A stretch of DNA of 64,000 nt, taken from positions 1,728,001 to 1,792,000 of the forward strand of contig OY762964.1 of the NCBI GenBank assembly GCA_963667035.1, read 5' to 3'. The position numbers and the translations under genes are program-made. The notes below the pieces were generated by a model that saw only the letters and a program-made list of their open reading frames with translations, searched no databases and had not been told where the DNA came from. This DNA is from Candidatus Cloacimonadales bacterium. Lineage in GTDB: Bacteria; Cloacimonadota; Cloacimonadia; Cloacimonadales; JAFGVF01. Shown in pieces: positions 30,166-41,263 of this stretch. The stretch's first letter is position 1, and every line of letters begins with the position of its first letter.

Positions 30166-31653
30166 ATGCGTAAAATAACTTTTTTACTAGTATTTATGCT
30201 GTTACTTACATCCATGTTTGCTAGTGACTTTCAGCAAATGAAGGAAAAAGTAACAAAATTCACACTTCCTAACGGTGCAACTATACTTGTACTGGAAAAT
30301 CATGAAGTGCCTATTGCTCACTGCATGACACTTGCCCGTGTAGGTGCTGTCAACGAGGAAGAAGGCAATACGGGTATGGCTCACTTCTTAGAGCATCTTG
30401 CTTTTAAAGGTACAACTTCTATAGGAACTACCAATTATAAGAAAGAAAAGAAGATTATGGATAAAGCAGATGCTAAGTTTGATGAGATTCTAGCCGAGAA
30501 AGCAAAAGGTGAAAATGCAAATCAAGAAGTCATCGCAAGTCTACAATCAGAGCTTGATGCTTTAATAGATAAAGCGTCAAAGTATGTGATTCAAAATGAA
30601 TTTACATCTATTCTTGAAGAGCGTGGAGGCACAGGTCTTAATGCCGGTACCAGCCAAGACTTCACAATGTATCAGGTGAGTGTTCCTTCTAATAAGTTGG
30701 AACTGTGGATGGCAATGGAAACAGATAGATTCACAAACCCTGTATTTAGAGAGTTTTACAGAGAGCGTAAGGTTATCTTGGAAGAAAGACGTCTGACTCT
30801 TGAGAATCAACCAAGCAGTAAACTTATGGCTAATCTTGCTGAAACAGCTTTTGTTAAGCATCCCTATAATACCCCTGTTATAGGCTGGACTGAAGATATA
30901 GAAAACATGACAAGAAGAGACGTAGAAGCTTTCTTCCATAAGTACTACGGAGCAAATAACCTTGTCTTTGCAATATCAGGAGATATCTACCCTGACGAAG
31001 TAAAAGCTCTTGCTGATAAATACTTCAATACAATACCTTCCGGTGTTAAAGCTCCTAAATGGCCTGTTGTTGAGCCTGAACAAACTAAAGAAAAGACATT
31101 TGTTTTGGAAGACAACGCTCAACCCTTCCTTATGATAGGTTACCATATTCCGGAGGATACTCATGAAGATTATAATGCTATTACTGCACTAGCATCTATT
31201 TTCGGTCAGAAACCGACATCTCGTTTATATACAAGAATGGTAGAAAAAGATAAGATTGCTATGTATGGATTTAGTTTTAACGGCTATCCCGGTTCTCTTT
31301 ATCCGAATCTATTCTTAGTAGCATCTATTCCTGCTCAGAATTCATCCTTTGATGAGAATTTACAGGCTATAGATGAAGAAATTGCTAGAATTAAAGCTGA
31401 CGGAATTACAGATGAAGAATTTACTGCTTACAAGATGGGGTCTCTACGCCAATATTTAAGACAATTGGATAGTGGACAATACCTGCCAATCCTTTTGGCA
31501 AAAGCGGAAGCTTATGATACTAGCTATGAAAAGCTCTTCTCATCTCTTGATGAGATTGAAGCACTTACTAAAGAAGATATTCAAAGAGTTGCTAACAAAT
31601 ACCTGATTAATACTAATAGAACTGTTGGCAAACTAATGCCTAAAGGAGAATAA
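30166..31653 (+). CDS. M16 family zinc peptidase, catalytic subunit
   Basis: HFLEH inverted zincin motif, LNAGTS, ERKVILEE and HPY motifs; signal peptide. Confidence 0.92.
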   Translation: MRKITFLLVFMLLLTSMFASDFQQMKEKVTKFTLPNGATILVLENHEVPIAHCMTLARVGAVNEEEGNTGMAHFLEHLAFKGTTSIGTTNYKKEKKIMDKADAKFDEILAEKAKGENANQEVIASLQSELDALIDKASKYVIQNEFTSILEERGGTGLNAGTSQDFTMYQVSVPSNKLELWMAMETDRFTNPVFREFYRERKVILEERRLTLENQPSSKLMANLAETAFVKHPYNTPVIGWTEDIENMTRRDVEAFFHKYYGANNLVFAISGDIYPDEVKALADKYFNTIPSGVKAPKWPVVEPEQTKEKTFVLEDNAQPFLMIGYHIPEDTHEDYNAITALASIFGQKPTSRLYTRMVEKDKIAMYGFSFNGYPGSLYPNLFLVASIPAQNSSFDENLQAIDEEIARIKADGITDEEFTAYKMGSLRQYLRQLDSGQYLPILLAKAEAYDTSYEKLFSSLDEIEALTKEDIQRVANKYLINTNRTVGKLMPKGE

Positions 31654-33744
31654 ATGAAAAAAGCATTAATACTAATTGTTGCTACTCTAATCCTTCTGGC
31701 CGGTTGTGCAACAAATACCAATGTCAGAAAAATGAGTTTCCCACCTCTACGTAATTTTGAGATGCCTAAAGTTGAACAAGTTAAGCTTGATAATGGTATG
31801 AAACTCTTTCTTTGTGAAGATCACTCCTACCCTATAGTTAATATAGATATGATGTTTGACGGTGGTTCTGTATATGAAGAGTATAAGAAGAGAGGTGTAG
31901 CAGAAGTATTAGGTAGACTTCTCACCGAAGGTGGCTCTAAGAATTATCCCGCAGATAGCTTAAAGCAAATCTTAGATATAAACGCTATTGGTTTCTATTC
32001 CAGTTTCTCTGCCAGGACTGGTAACTATGCAATAAGCTACTTAACTGATACAGAAGACATTGCTCTTGATATTTTTAGAGATAACCTGCTAATGCCTGCA
32101 TTTGATGAGGATAAATTAGATATAATCAAAATGCAGATGAGGGAAGAGATCGCCAGACGTAATGACTCTGACAGCGATGTAGTTTTTAGAGAGTTTAGCA
32201 AGCTGATATATGGAGCTGATAGTCCTTATGCAAGAACCAATGAATATGATGATGTTAACAATATTGAGAGAATGGATTTGATAAGATTCTACAATGCTGT
32301 AATTCATCCTTCAAGAATATCCGTTAGTATCTATGGAGATTTTAATTCGGAAGAAATGATTAGTAAGTTTAAAGAGAATTTCGAGCAATGGAATCCGGTA
32401 GATTACGGTTCTTTTCTTGAGTTACCGGAAGTTCCGGTAGTTATGGAGCCGTCTGTAAACTACATCAGTCGTCCTGATGCTACTCAATCATGGATTCTTT
32501 TAGGACACATGACCGAGTTTACACAGGATAATCCGGATTACTTCCCAATGATAGTAATGAACCAAATCCTAGGTGGTGGTTTTAGTAGTCGTGTTTTTAA
32601 AACAGTTAGAACAAAACTTGGTCTGGCATATTCTCCGGGTGCCTATTATAGCACTAATTTTGAAGTGCCCGGTATATTCTATGTGATGTCTCAGACTAAA
32701 ACAGAAGATACTACTCAGGCTATTGATGCCTTAATTAATGAAGTTGAGAAAATGAAAACAGTCCCTGTGACAGATTTAGAACTTCATCAAGCAAAAGAGA
32801 GTTATTTGAACTCATACGTATTCAAGTATGAAAAGAAAAAATCAATTGTAAACACTATGAGAACTCTTGATGTATTTAACTATCCTACCGATTTCATCCA
32901 GAAAATTAAGGAAGGAGTTCAAAAAGTAACTAAAGAAGATGTAGAAAGAGTTGCAAAACAATATCTCCATCCTGATAAGTTCACGATTGTAGTTATTGGT
33001 GACCAAGAAGGATTTAAGAATCCATTATCACAATATGGTGAGGTTAATAATATTGATATTACTATACCTGAACCAACTACTAATCAAAAAGAGCTCACAG
33101 AGGATATGATATCTCAAGGTAAAACTATTTTCAATGATGTTCTTTCAAAAATGGGTGACTCCAGAAGTTTGAAAACTATGATAGTTGAAGGCAAATCTAC
33201 TCAGATTCAAAATGGTACCAGCTTCGACATAGATTATAGTGTTGTATCTATGTATCCGGACAAAGTAAAGAGAACTATTACCGCTCAAGGAGTTCCTATT
33301 GATATTATTCTAAATGGAAAAAGCGGTGTAAGGAAAATGATGGGGCAGAATATGGCAATGCAAAAGTCCGAAGTTGAATCAATTTTCAAACAGAGTTACC
33401 AGAATCTACTTTGGATTTCAAAATACAGGGATCAGTATACTCCTTACTTGGATGATGATACAGTGTTTAATGGAGTAACTTATAAGACTCTTGGTCTCAG
33501 AAGAGGTGACATGGATTATTGGTTGCTTCTTGATGAGAATAATGAATTGAAAGGAAGAGTTAATGTATTTGAAAACATGGGCAAAGCTTATACTTTGTTC
33601 TTAGAGATTCAGACAACCGAGTTAGGAACCATTCAAACAAAGGATGAGACTTATAGCGAAGATGGTACATTCATTCAAAACACATCAATTACCAATATGG
33701 AATGGAATCCTGAAGTTGATGAATCAATTTTTAGTGTAGAATAA
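31654..33744 (+). CDS. M16 family non-catalytic partner lipoprotein with C-terminal extension
   Basis: Lipobox LAGC, no HxxEH, LGGGFSSR..VRTKLGLAY motif, and an extra ~220-aa C-terminal domain. Confidence 0.85.
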   Translation: MKKALILIVATLILLAGCATNTNVRKMSFPPLRNFEMPKVEQVKLDNGMKLFLCEDHSYPIVNIDMMFDGGSVYEEYKKRGVAEVLGRLLTEGGSKNYPADSLKQILDINAIGFYSSFSARTGNYAISYLTDTEDIALDIFRDNLLMPAFDEDKLDIIKMQMREEIARRNDSDSDVVFREFSKLIYGADSPYARTNEYDDVNNIERMDLIRFYNAVIHPSRISVSIYGDFNSEEMISKFKENFEQWNPVDYGSFLELPEVPVVMEPSVNYISRPDATQSWILLGHMTEFTQDNPDYFPMIVMNQILGGGFSSRVFKTVRTKLGLAYSPGAYYSTNFEVPGIFYVMSQTKTEDTTQAIDALINEVEKMKTVPVTDLELHQAKESYLNSYVFKYEKKKSIVNTMRTLDVFNYPTDFIQKIKEGVQKVTKEDVERVAKQYLHPDKFTIVVIGDQEGFKNPLSQYGEVNNIDITIPEPTTNQKELTEDMISQGKTIFNDVLSKMGDSRSLKTMIVEGKSTQIQNGTSFDIDYSVVSMYPDKVKRTITAQGVPIDIILNGKSGVRKMMGQNMAMQKSEVESIFKQSYQNLLWISKYRDQYTPYLDDDTVFNGVTYKTLGLRRGDMDYWLLLDENNELKGRVNVFENMGKAYTLFLEIQTTELGTIQTKDETYSEDGTFIQNTSITNMEWNPEVDESIFSVE

Positions 33745-33760
33745 CCTTTATTAATTATAT

Positions 33761-33793
33761 AAAGCCTGCTAATATTCATAGCAGGCTTTTTTT
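33761..33793. terminator. Terminator between convergent genes
   Basis: AAAGCCTGCTA/TAGCAGGCTTT stem followed by a T tract. Confidence 0.8.
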
Positions 33794-33807
33794 ATCTATA
33801 GCAAAAT

Positions 33808-36441
33808 CTATTGAACAATTATCTCATCAAACATAATTATCGGTGTGTCTTCATCACTAGAGTTATTAGTAATTGTTATCTTAATGTACCTGGCACTAGT
33901 ATTCTCTTCTTCCATCTTTAAATGAAACTTCGAATAGACCTTCTTATCCTCAATCATTACTTTAACTGTATGCGGATCGGAATAAGCTACTTTATCATTG
34001 GAATACTGTATCGCTATCTCATCAGGATAACTGACATCATTATCCTTACCTGATATAAAGTTAAAGGCAACACTCTCTATAGTCTTAATCTCTCCTAAAT
34101 CAAGATTGAAAGTCATAGTATTTCCTTCAAAACCAATATTCCTGTAATCCAATAATGTGTTCCCTGATAATAAACCATCCGTAAGTGTATTGAGTCCATT
34201 ACCTGCATAGACTGTAGATATTTTTGCATCAATTGAGATTTTACAATCCAATGCTTTATGTATGGCAAATGCTTGTTCTGCTTCTGCTATAGTTCTATTA
34301 TCATCAATAGCTCTGAGCTTAAGAACGGATGATTGTTTGATTACTAATGTATCATTGAACACCGATGAGTTGGAATTGGGGATTGTTCCATCAAGAGTAT
34401 AATAAAGAGGAGCCTCTGCTGAAGTGTATGTAGTTGTAATAACACGCGCTTCCTCCCTGTTATTGGAACATAGGTTCAACAGAGGCAATAATTCAAACTC
34501 GTCAAACCAGGCAGTTCCGGGCCCATAATAGATTAACCTCGGACTAATTCTTCCCACCTGTTTGCTTTCCTGAATGTTATTAAAAATATACGAGAATTTT
34601 GTCCAGTTTTGATTTAAAAAATATTCCGAGGAACTTAATTTTCCAACTTTAATTTTAAATGAGTTATGAGCTACAATACGCTTATATAATGCTTTTTGCT
34701 TGCTTCCGAATAGTTTTTGGAAAATGCTTTTTTTAAACTTCTCCTCAATAACTTTGCTATATGTATAACGTTCTTTTTTTGCTTTCACTGACACATAGTA
34801 ATCCCTACCATAATCCAATTTCATGGGATAAAAAGAAAGATTAAAACTATCACTTTCCGGAGATACATGCATTCTTAAAGAATGCTCGCCATCTGTTGCA
34901 ATTCTGGAATCTATTGTATATATCTTCCCTCTTCCATGCCCAACATTGGCATAACATCCGGCAGGAACAGAAGCTACATAATTTCTTTCAAAAGAATGAT
35001 TAAGAAAAACCCTGTCATTAATTCTCGGTAGTTTCGGAGCATTCTTTATATAAATCTTATATATCCTTACACCGTAAACGTCCAAGTAATCGTCTATTAC
35101 TCCATTGTTTACATCCAGACTCCTGTTCTCAAACAAGACTTCAGCTTCTCCGGTAAAAAACCGTGACATTCTAATTGTTAATGGCACCGGTTTATTCTCT
35201 CCGTTTACAGAAACGATTATTATACTGTTATCTTTTTTGAAGGCTTTTGTAGTAATTTTTACAGTGCCATCACTAACTTCAGGATTCTCTTCACCACTAA
35301 ATATCCAAGGAACTAACTCCTGCATCTCAAGCATAGAGTTACAAGCCTGACTCCATAGTTGAGTCGACTTAGGAAAACCGTTTAACCCCTTTCTGATAAA
35401 GAATTGATATCCGGAAGCTCCGTTAAGTAATGAAAGATAAAGCATAGCTCTCAATTCATTATGAGTCGGCTCTCTTCTCCACCATTCACTACCTCCAAAT
35501 GTCTGAGGTACATTCCAAACAAGCTTCTCAGGGAAGAACTCATTAGTTAATCTATGAGTCACTTGTTCCACTTCATAAACAGAGCGAACCGGTATTGGGT
35601 AAGGATCTGCCATTGCAATATCTAGAGCTTTACTATATTGACCGGCTTTTGCAGATTTCATGAATACTATTGTGATTGGGTGATAAGGGTCTATTTCTTT
35701 AATAAGGTTGTAAATCATCTCGAGATATTCCGGTTTTGTCCCTGTATAATACGGTTCATCACTAATATACCAACTCATAAGAGCAGGATGATCTTTAATG
35801 GCTTCAACCTCTTCTTTTAGATAACTTAATGTTCTATCCATATCACTAAAATCATGGTCGTGAAGATTAACTCCCCCACCTCCTGCAACACTTAGAAGAT
35901 TGTAATTAACTTTCATTCCAAGATTGTTAGCATCATCAAGATACTCCAATCGTTCTAATCTGGTTTCAGGAAGGATTTTTTGATAAGGTGATATCATGTT
36001 AAAACCACGAACAACCTCATCTTCAATAAGATATGATTGTACCGGAGAGTATGTGTAAAATCCAGAGGGCAGATAGATTAGGTCATCAACTATCAGACAA
36101 CCTCTGATTCTATCTATTTTAACAGCATTAAGTTTATCAGGTAATCTCTTTATCTGTACCGATGTAGTGGATTGATTACCATTGTTGAAAGTTGTTACCT
36201 TTTGATTATCAGATAAACCTTTTAATGGTATCTCAATTGCTCGAATCTTTTTACGATAATCGATTATGGATTTGTAGATTTGATTATTGATTTCTAATGA
36301 ATCCACCCGAGAATCCTTATCAATCCAAAACAACCTGATTGTCTTTTCATTAGTATAATAATCTCTATCCGTATAAACATCTATAGAAAACAATCCTGTT
36401 ACTAATGCTAGTAATAGGCATAAAATATATATTCTGGACAT
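33808..36441 (-). CDS. Secreted multidomain glycoside-hydrolase-like protein
   Basis: ATG at 36441 with signal peptide; KDHPALMSWYISDEP TIM-barrel GH-like motif, CBM-like region, YYTLDGTIP (chitobiase/FN3-like) and C-terminal discoidin-like domain. Confidence 0.7.
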   Translation of the reverse strand: MSRIYILCLLLALVTGLFSIDVYTDRDYYTNEKTIRLFWIDKDSRVDSLEINNQIYKSIIDYRKKIRAIEIPLKGLSDNQKVTTFNNGNQSTTSVQIKRLPDKLNAVKIDRIRGCLIVDDLIYLPSGFYTYSPVQSYLIEDEVVRGFNMISPYQKILPETRLERLEYLDDANNLGMKVNYNLLSVAGGGGVNLHDHDFSDMDRTLSYLKEEVEAIKDHPALMSWYISDEPYYTGTKPEYLEMIYNLIKEIDPYHPITIVFMKSAKAGQYSKALDIAMADPYPIPVRSVYEVEQVTHRLTNEFFPEKLVWNVPQTFGGSEWWRREPTHNELRAMLYLSLLNGASGYQFFIRKGLNGFPKSTQLWSQACNSMLEMQELVPWIFSGEENPEVSDGTVKITTKAFKKDNSIIIVSVNGENKPVPLTIRMSRFFTGEAEVLFENRSLDVNNGVIDDYLDVYGVRIYKIYIKNAPKLPRINDRVFLNHSFERNYVASVPAGCYANVGHGRGKIYTIDSRIATDGEHSLRMHVSPESDSFNLSFYPMKLDYGRDYYVSVKAKKERYTYSKVIEEKFKKSIFQKLFGSKQKALYKRIVAHNSFKIKVGKLSSSEYFLNQNWTKFSYIFNNIQESKQVGRISPRLIYYGPGTAWFDEFELLPLLNLCSNNREEARVITTTYTSAEAPLYYTLDGTIPNSNSSVFNDTLVIKQSSVLKLRAIDDNRTIAEAEQAFAIHKALDCKISIDAKISTVYAGNGLNTLTDGLLSGNTLLDYRNIGFEGNTMTFNLDLGEIKTIESVAFNFISGKDNDVSYPDEIAIQYSNDKVAYSDPHTVKVMIEDKKVYSKFHLKMEEENTSARYIKITITNNSSDEDTPIIMFDEIIVQ

Positions 36442-36646
36442 GAATGTCTCCTCAATTACTGAATATTCGAATTTGAGCAACAAGAGCTAATCCGTCAATG
36501 ATTAGTTAAGGAATATTATCACCTTTTGAGGTAGTATATTTACTTATCTTATCAAGTTAAACCAGCTATAGATTTTTATTGCTTGCCTAATATGGTATTG
36601 ATAATAATGATAATTGAGTAACAGAATATAACTTGGAAGTATTAAT

Positions 36647-37723
36647 GTGAGAAAACTCTATATTTTAACCGTGATAATTATTTTACTCCTATTGGGATGT
36701 TCCGGCTCTCACAGGAAGTCAGGAACAAAGGAATTTGAGGAAAGAGTTTTAAACATAACCGAGTTTCACAGTGAAAAATGGTATAGCAGTACAGTTACTG
36801 CATACACGTATGTTGGGAATAGAGATACATTAGTTGTAGCGACAGAAGACCTTATCCCTCGTTCAGGTAATATTTCCTCAATGCTTTATATTCTAGATAG
36901 TAACTCTCAGATTCGTACTAAGCAATATCTATCGTTGAACAGAAAAGTGAATGATCTTAAGGTTTTGGGTCAATCTATCATTGCACTTACTTCAAGTATT
37001 GACAATAGTGATATTGAGTTAATCAGCTATAATAAAATACTTGTAGAGCAAAGCAGAATCTTACTTGATAAAGATTTGGATTACTCAATTGTCACACCTG
37101 ATAACAGATTCTTGATCTTGAGTTATAATAATTTTGAATTGATAATTCATGAGTTAACAAAAGATCTTGATATGATAGAGCTCAGAAAGATAAAAGTATC
37201 TAATCGCAATCTCTTCCTAACTGACAACTATATCTATTTACAGGATAAAAACACATTAATTCTATATCGATACTCTTTGAAGAATACTGATGAAGTTCCT
37301 AGAGAACTGAAAGTCAATAAATCTGATATAGACACTATTGTATTCTCTAATGAGAATGAAATGATTTATATCCAAAACCACAATAGAATGATGTATTGGA
37401 ATATAAGATCCAATAAGAAAACGATTTTATCTGAATGTGCTTTACCTATTGCTAGGATAGTCGATAATAAGATTTACTATCTATCATATTTAAATGCAAA
37501 AGAGTTATCGGGTACAAAGCTAACTATATTACATCCTGATACTAATAATGAAGTATATATTCCATTGCTAAAGGGACATGAATATAGAGTAGAATCTATG
37601 CAAGTGATTGACCACAACACTATCCAACTTCAAGGTACAAGATTAAAGATTCAATACAAACTTAGAAGAAGGAGTCTTGGGTATTTCATTACTCTATCGA
37701 TAGAACCGCATCAAATCATGTGA
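36647..37723 (+). CDS. Hypothetical lipoprotein
   Basis: GTG start, lipobox LLGC, beta-rich sequence. Confidence 0.6.
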   Translation: MRKLYILTVIIILLLLGCSGSHRKSGTKEFEERVLNITEFHSEKWYSSTVTAYTYVGNRDTLVVATEDLIPRSGNISSMLYILDSNSQIRTKQYLSLNRKVNDLKVLGQSIIALTSSIDNSDIELISYNKILVEQSRILLDKDLDYSIVTPDNRFLILSYNNFELIIHELTKDLDMIELRKIKVSNRNLFLTDNYIYLQDKNTLILYRYSLKNTDEVPRELKVNKSDIDTIVFSNENEMIYIQNHNRMMYWNIRSNKKTILSECALPIARIVDNKIYYLSYLNAKELSGTKLTILHPDTNNEVYIPLLKGHEYRVESMQVIDHNTIQLQGTRLKIQYKLRRRSLGYFITLSIEPHQIM

Positions 37724-37894
37724 GAGTGAACATCTCTCATTTGTATATCAGCATAAAGTAAGCAATAAGAATAGCTAAGCTAAAGAGAGTGTCCATAATA
37801 TATTTTAGAGATTATTTAGATTTCTATTGACAAGAAAAGCGGTTAACTAATTTGGAGACAAATAATAATTCATAATAAATAAATGGAGGATTGA

Positions 37895-38161
37895 ATGCCC
37901 AATTCAGCATCACCGCGTAAGAGACTTAGACAGGATAAGAAAAGATCCGCAAGAAATAACTTTGTTAAAAGCACAATTAACACATTGTCAAAGAAGATGG
38001 TAAGTGATTTACCAATAGACGAGAAGAAAAAACTTCTCAGCGAGCTTTACTCAAAGCTTGATAAAGCAGCTAAGAAAGGCGTTATTCACAAACGTACAGC
38101 TTCTCGCAGGAAAGCCCGTCTTGCCGCTTACATTAGCAAAATCGAAAACGCAGCTGAATAA
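37895..38161 (+). CDS. rpsT: 30S ribosomal protein S20
   Basis: MPN..S..KR and LDKAAKKGVIHKRTASRRKARL motifs. Confidence 0.96.
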   Translation: MPNSASPRKRLRQDKKRSARNNFVKSTINTLSKKMVSDLPIDEKKKLLSELYSKLDKAAKKGVIHKRTASRRKARLAAYISKIENAAE

Positions 38162-38178
38162 TTCAGACCATATAGATT

Positions 38179-38208
38179 AAAGGCTGATGATTGAATCATC
38201 AGCCTTTT
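38179..38208. terminator. Terminator after rpsT
   Basis: AAGGCTGATGATT/AATCATCAGCCTT stem with T tail. Confidence 0.8.
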
Positions 38209-38232
38209 CTTCTTTATATAAAACTGTATTAT

Positions 38233-39120
38233 CTATTGAAAAAGCATTCTCTTGTGGAGATACTTCAAAAGATTATCTTCTATAGGAATTGATGTGTTAA
38301 TAGGATTGTACTCTATCCCTGTTTTGAAACATTCGGATTGGATGTACTCAATATAGCTATTAAACTGATTTTGATAATTTGTTTTAATCTGCCAAGGATT
38401 TACAGTTATTCTTTTACCTGATTCCGAATCAATAAACTCAGTTTCATCTCGATAGTTAAACTCTTGCTCTTGATTATCCAGAATATGGAAAACAATTACT
38501 TCATGATTTCTGTATTTAAAATGCTTTAATCCCTTAACAAGCTCGTCCGGATTATCAAGTAAATCCGTAATCAGAATGATAAGGCTACGCTTTCTAAGAT
38601 TCTCGGCAACTGCATGCATAGCCTCTACTGTTGCAGTAGTTGATTCAGGTTTTAGTTCCATTAACTGTTCAAATATAATGTTAATATATCCCGAGTATGC
38701 TTTCGGAGGAAGATGCCTTGTTACTTGATTAGAATAGGCAATCAATCCGGCTGCATCTTTTTGTTTAATTATTAGATATGCTAATGCTCCGGCTAAAGAG
38801 ACAGCATACTCCAATTTTGAAACATCACCTGATTGAAATGACATTGAGTTGCTGTGGTCAATTAAGATATAAGAGCGTACATTTGTTTCTTCCTCAAATC
38901 TCTTGAGATAATACCTATCAGTTTTTGCATAAAGTTTCCAATCTACATTCCTAATAGGATCTCCCTGAATATACTGCCTATGGTCTGCAAATTCAACGCT
39001 AAATCCGTGATAAGGAGATTTATGTAATCCTACCATAAAACCTTCAACAATATTGTGAGTTTTAAGATAAAAACTGTCTAATCGAGCAAGTAGTGAATCA
39101 CTGATAATTTTATTCTGCAT
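38233..39120 (-). CDS. DUF58 (vWA-like) protein
   Basis: GLHKSPYHGFSVEFADHRQY.GD...DWK and FEEETN motifs. Confidence 0.9.
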   Translation of the reverse strand: MQNKIISDSLLARLDSFYLKTHNIVEGFMVGLHKSPYHGFSVEFADHRQYIQGDPIRNVDWKLYAKTDRYYLKRFEEETNVRSYILIDHSNSMSFQSGDVSKLEYAVSLAGALAYLIIKQKDAAGLIAYSNQVTRHLPPKAYSGYINIIFEQLMELKPESTTATVEAMHAVAENLRKRSLIILITDLLDNPDELVKGLKHFKYRNHEVIVFHILDNQEQEFNYRDETEFIDSESGKRITVNPWQIKTNYQNQFNSYIEYIQSECFKTGIEYNPINTSIPIEDNLLKYLHKRMLFQ

Positions 39121-39318
39121 TTAGTCCTTTTTTTTGAAAGGCAAAAGAAGTGAAATTGGTATAACTACTACATAAGCAATTATAAGCAAAATCGGAGAAA
39201 GTGAAATATCCCCCTTACCCATAAAAAAATACCCAATAGTAACAAGAAGAACTGCAATAATCATTATTACATAATTCATGAATGATAGGTTAAGACGGTC
39301 ATTACCCTTTTTAGTCAT
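39121..39318 (-). CDS. Small two-TM membrane protein (DUF3098-like)
   Basis: NY...GYFFM...LSPILLIIAYVVVIP pattern. Confidence 0.7.
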   Translation of the reverse strand: MTKKGNDRLNLSFMNYVIMIIAVLLVTIGYFFMGKGDISLSPILLIIAYVVVIPISLLLPFKKKD

Positions 39319-41263
39319 TGTTAACATCCTTTTGATTTAAACTTCCCAAAGCTTTTGTAGCAGAAACGACTGCTTCCGTATCATTGTTAAGCATTTGTGC
39401 TTTTCTATAATACTCTACAGCTTCATCTTGCATGCTAAGTTTATGAAATATAGCACCAATATGATAAGCAATCACACTACTATCAAAACCAAGTTTAATT
39501 GCTCTATCCATTGTTTGTTTTGCTTTGTTATAATCTCCTGTTTTGTAATAATACCAGGCATAACTGTCGATAAAGTTAACATTATCCGGTTCCTTTTCCA
39601 ATGCTATCTCCAGATAGTATGGTATCTTGTCGGTAATCTGTCCGGTTTCAGTTAACAAGTATGCCAAAGCATTTAGAATAAATGATTCCTCAGGATAAAA
39701 GACAAGAGTTTTCTCAAGTACTTCTATTTCTTCATCATACCTTTTATCTCTATCTAATAGTGTAATTTTCAACTTAAAAGCATATAGAGAAGGTGTTTCA
39801 TTATCATTCAATTCTTTATCAATATCAGCTTCGGCTTTCTTATACTCACTCTTCTGATAGTAATACTGAGCATAAATCTCATTACGACTTAGAGTTTCCG
39901 TTTCACTACGCATATCAAAAAGCTTATCAGCCATTTTGATATCGTCTCCACATTGAAGATATATTACAGCTAAAACAGAGATAAGATTTGATTCTCGTAA
40001 CAGTTCTGGATCAACTTTCTTAGCATAATCATAGGCAGAGCTTTTAGCTTCTGCAAGATAGTACTTTCTAGCAAAAAGAAAGTCTACATATCCTTGATTT
40101 ACTCCATATTGACTCAAACTAAGTAACAAGTAATCAATGTTATCTTTCTCCTCTTGGGAAAAATCACTAATAAACCTCTTTATAAAGAAATCATGAACAA
40201 TGGCAAAATCACCAACTCTAGAAAGATACTTAGCTGTGCTTTCTTGATTTCTTATCATCCACCAAGATTCTGCAGCCATAAGCGAGAAAATATCTCTGTC
40301 TGACTGAGTAAAATCTTCATGAGTAATCAATCGATCATAAATCTTATCTAGCAGTATAAGATGTTCTTTACCTACACAACTGGAAAAGAGATAGCGTTGG
40401 ATTTGAGCTTCATTAGTGTCATAGTAATAATCAAAATCTGCAACTATCTTCTCATATTCTTCTTTTTGATATAGAAGCTCTATTAGAATTCCTTTCTGGA
40501 ATTCAGTTATATCCGATATATGCTTCTCGAGAATTGTAATGAGACCATCTTCGTCTTTATTCTGAGAAAGCATTCTGATTAACAGTTCCATTAGTGCCGG
40601 ATGATAACTCTTATCAAGTGAATCTTGAAGCATAGCTATTGTTTCTTTAGGTTGCCAGACTGATCTTACTTCAGCGATTGATTTAATTAGTAACGGATTG
40701 TTATTGCTTAGCTCATAAGCTTTATCAAGAAGTTTAAAATCAACATTCTTAAGGTATTTTGCATTTATAACAAACATTCTGAAGTAATCTTCACCTTGAG
40801 GATCATATTTAAGTTTTACATCATATATTCTTAGAGCTTCATCAGGTTGTTGATTAAACAGATATGCTTGAGAAAGACTAGTTAATGTTTCACTGTTGAA
40901 ATAGCCTTCATTGTAGATTGATTCTGCCAAGTCAAGTGCTTCCTGTATCATTTCCTTTTCTGCTTGAGCATTTTCAAGTAGAACTTCAACCAATCTCTGT
41001 TTAATAAACACTGACGAAGTATCGATAGATGATGCTATTTTTAGAAGTTTTATTCCGTTATGAACATCACCTTGTGTAGCTGCCATATCTCCCTGTGCAA
41101 AGAACTTAAGCGACATAGGATTTGGCTTGGATAGTGGAATAGTCGGATATACCAAATTGTCAGCTTCACTATTAGAAACTGCTGTTTTCTCTCCATTCAT
41201 CTTGTTAGCAGAACAAGCTGATAAAGCTACTATAACCGATACTATTAATACAAATTTTTTCAA
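39311..41263 (-). CDS. TPR-repeat lipoprotein
   Basis: Lipobox LSAC; C-terminal LNALAY...FIDSYAWYYYKTG TPR repeats. Confidence 0.8.
   Translation of the reverse strand: MKKFVLIVSVIVALSACSANKMNGEKTAVSNSEADNLVYPTIPLSKPNPMSLKFFAQGDMAATQGDVHNGIKLLKIASSIDTSSVFIKQRLVEVLLENAQAEKEMIQEALDLAESIYNEGYFNSETLTSLSQAYLFNQQPDEALRIYDVKLKYDPQGEDYFRMFVINAKYLKNVDFKLLDKAYELSNNNPLLIKSIAEVRSVWQPKETIAMLQDSLDKSYHPALMELLIRMLSQNKDEDGLITILEKHISDITEFQKGILIELLYQKEEYEKIVADFDYYYDTNEAQIQRYLFSSCVGKEHLILLDKIYDRLITHEDFTQSDRDIFSLMAAESWWMIRNQESTAKYLSRVGDFAIVHDFFIKRFISDFSQEEKDNIDYLLLSLSQYGVNQGYVDFLFARKYYLAEAKSSAYDYAKKVDPELLRESNLISVLAVIYLQCGDDIKMADKLFDMRSETETLSRNEIYAQYYYQKSEYKKAEADIDKELNDNETPSLYAFKLKITLLDRDKRYDEEIEVLEKTLVFYPEESFILNALAYLLTETGQITDKIPYYLEIALEKEPDNVNFIDSYAWYYYKTGDYNKAKQTMDRAIKLGFDSSVIAYHIGAIFHKLSMQDEAVEYYRKAQMLNNDTEAVVSATKALGSLNQKDVNND

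Noticed and set aside
37827..37856. Lineage-specific 15-bp promoter spacing after TTGACA
   Set aside because: It fits a few promoters (rpsT, hyd) but not others, and AT-richness makes chance -10 matches likely.
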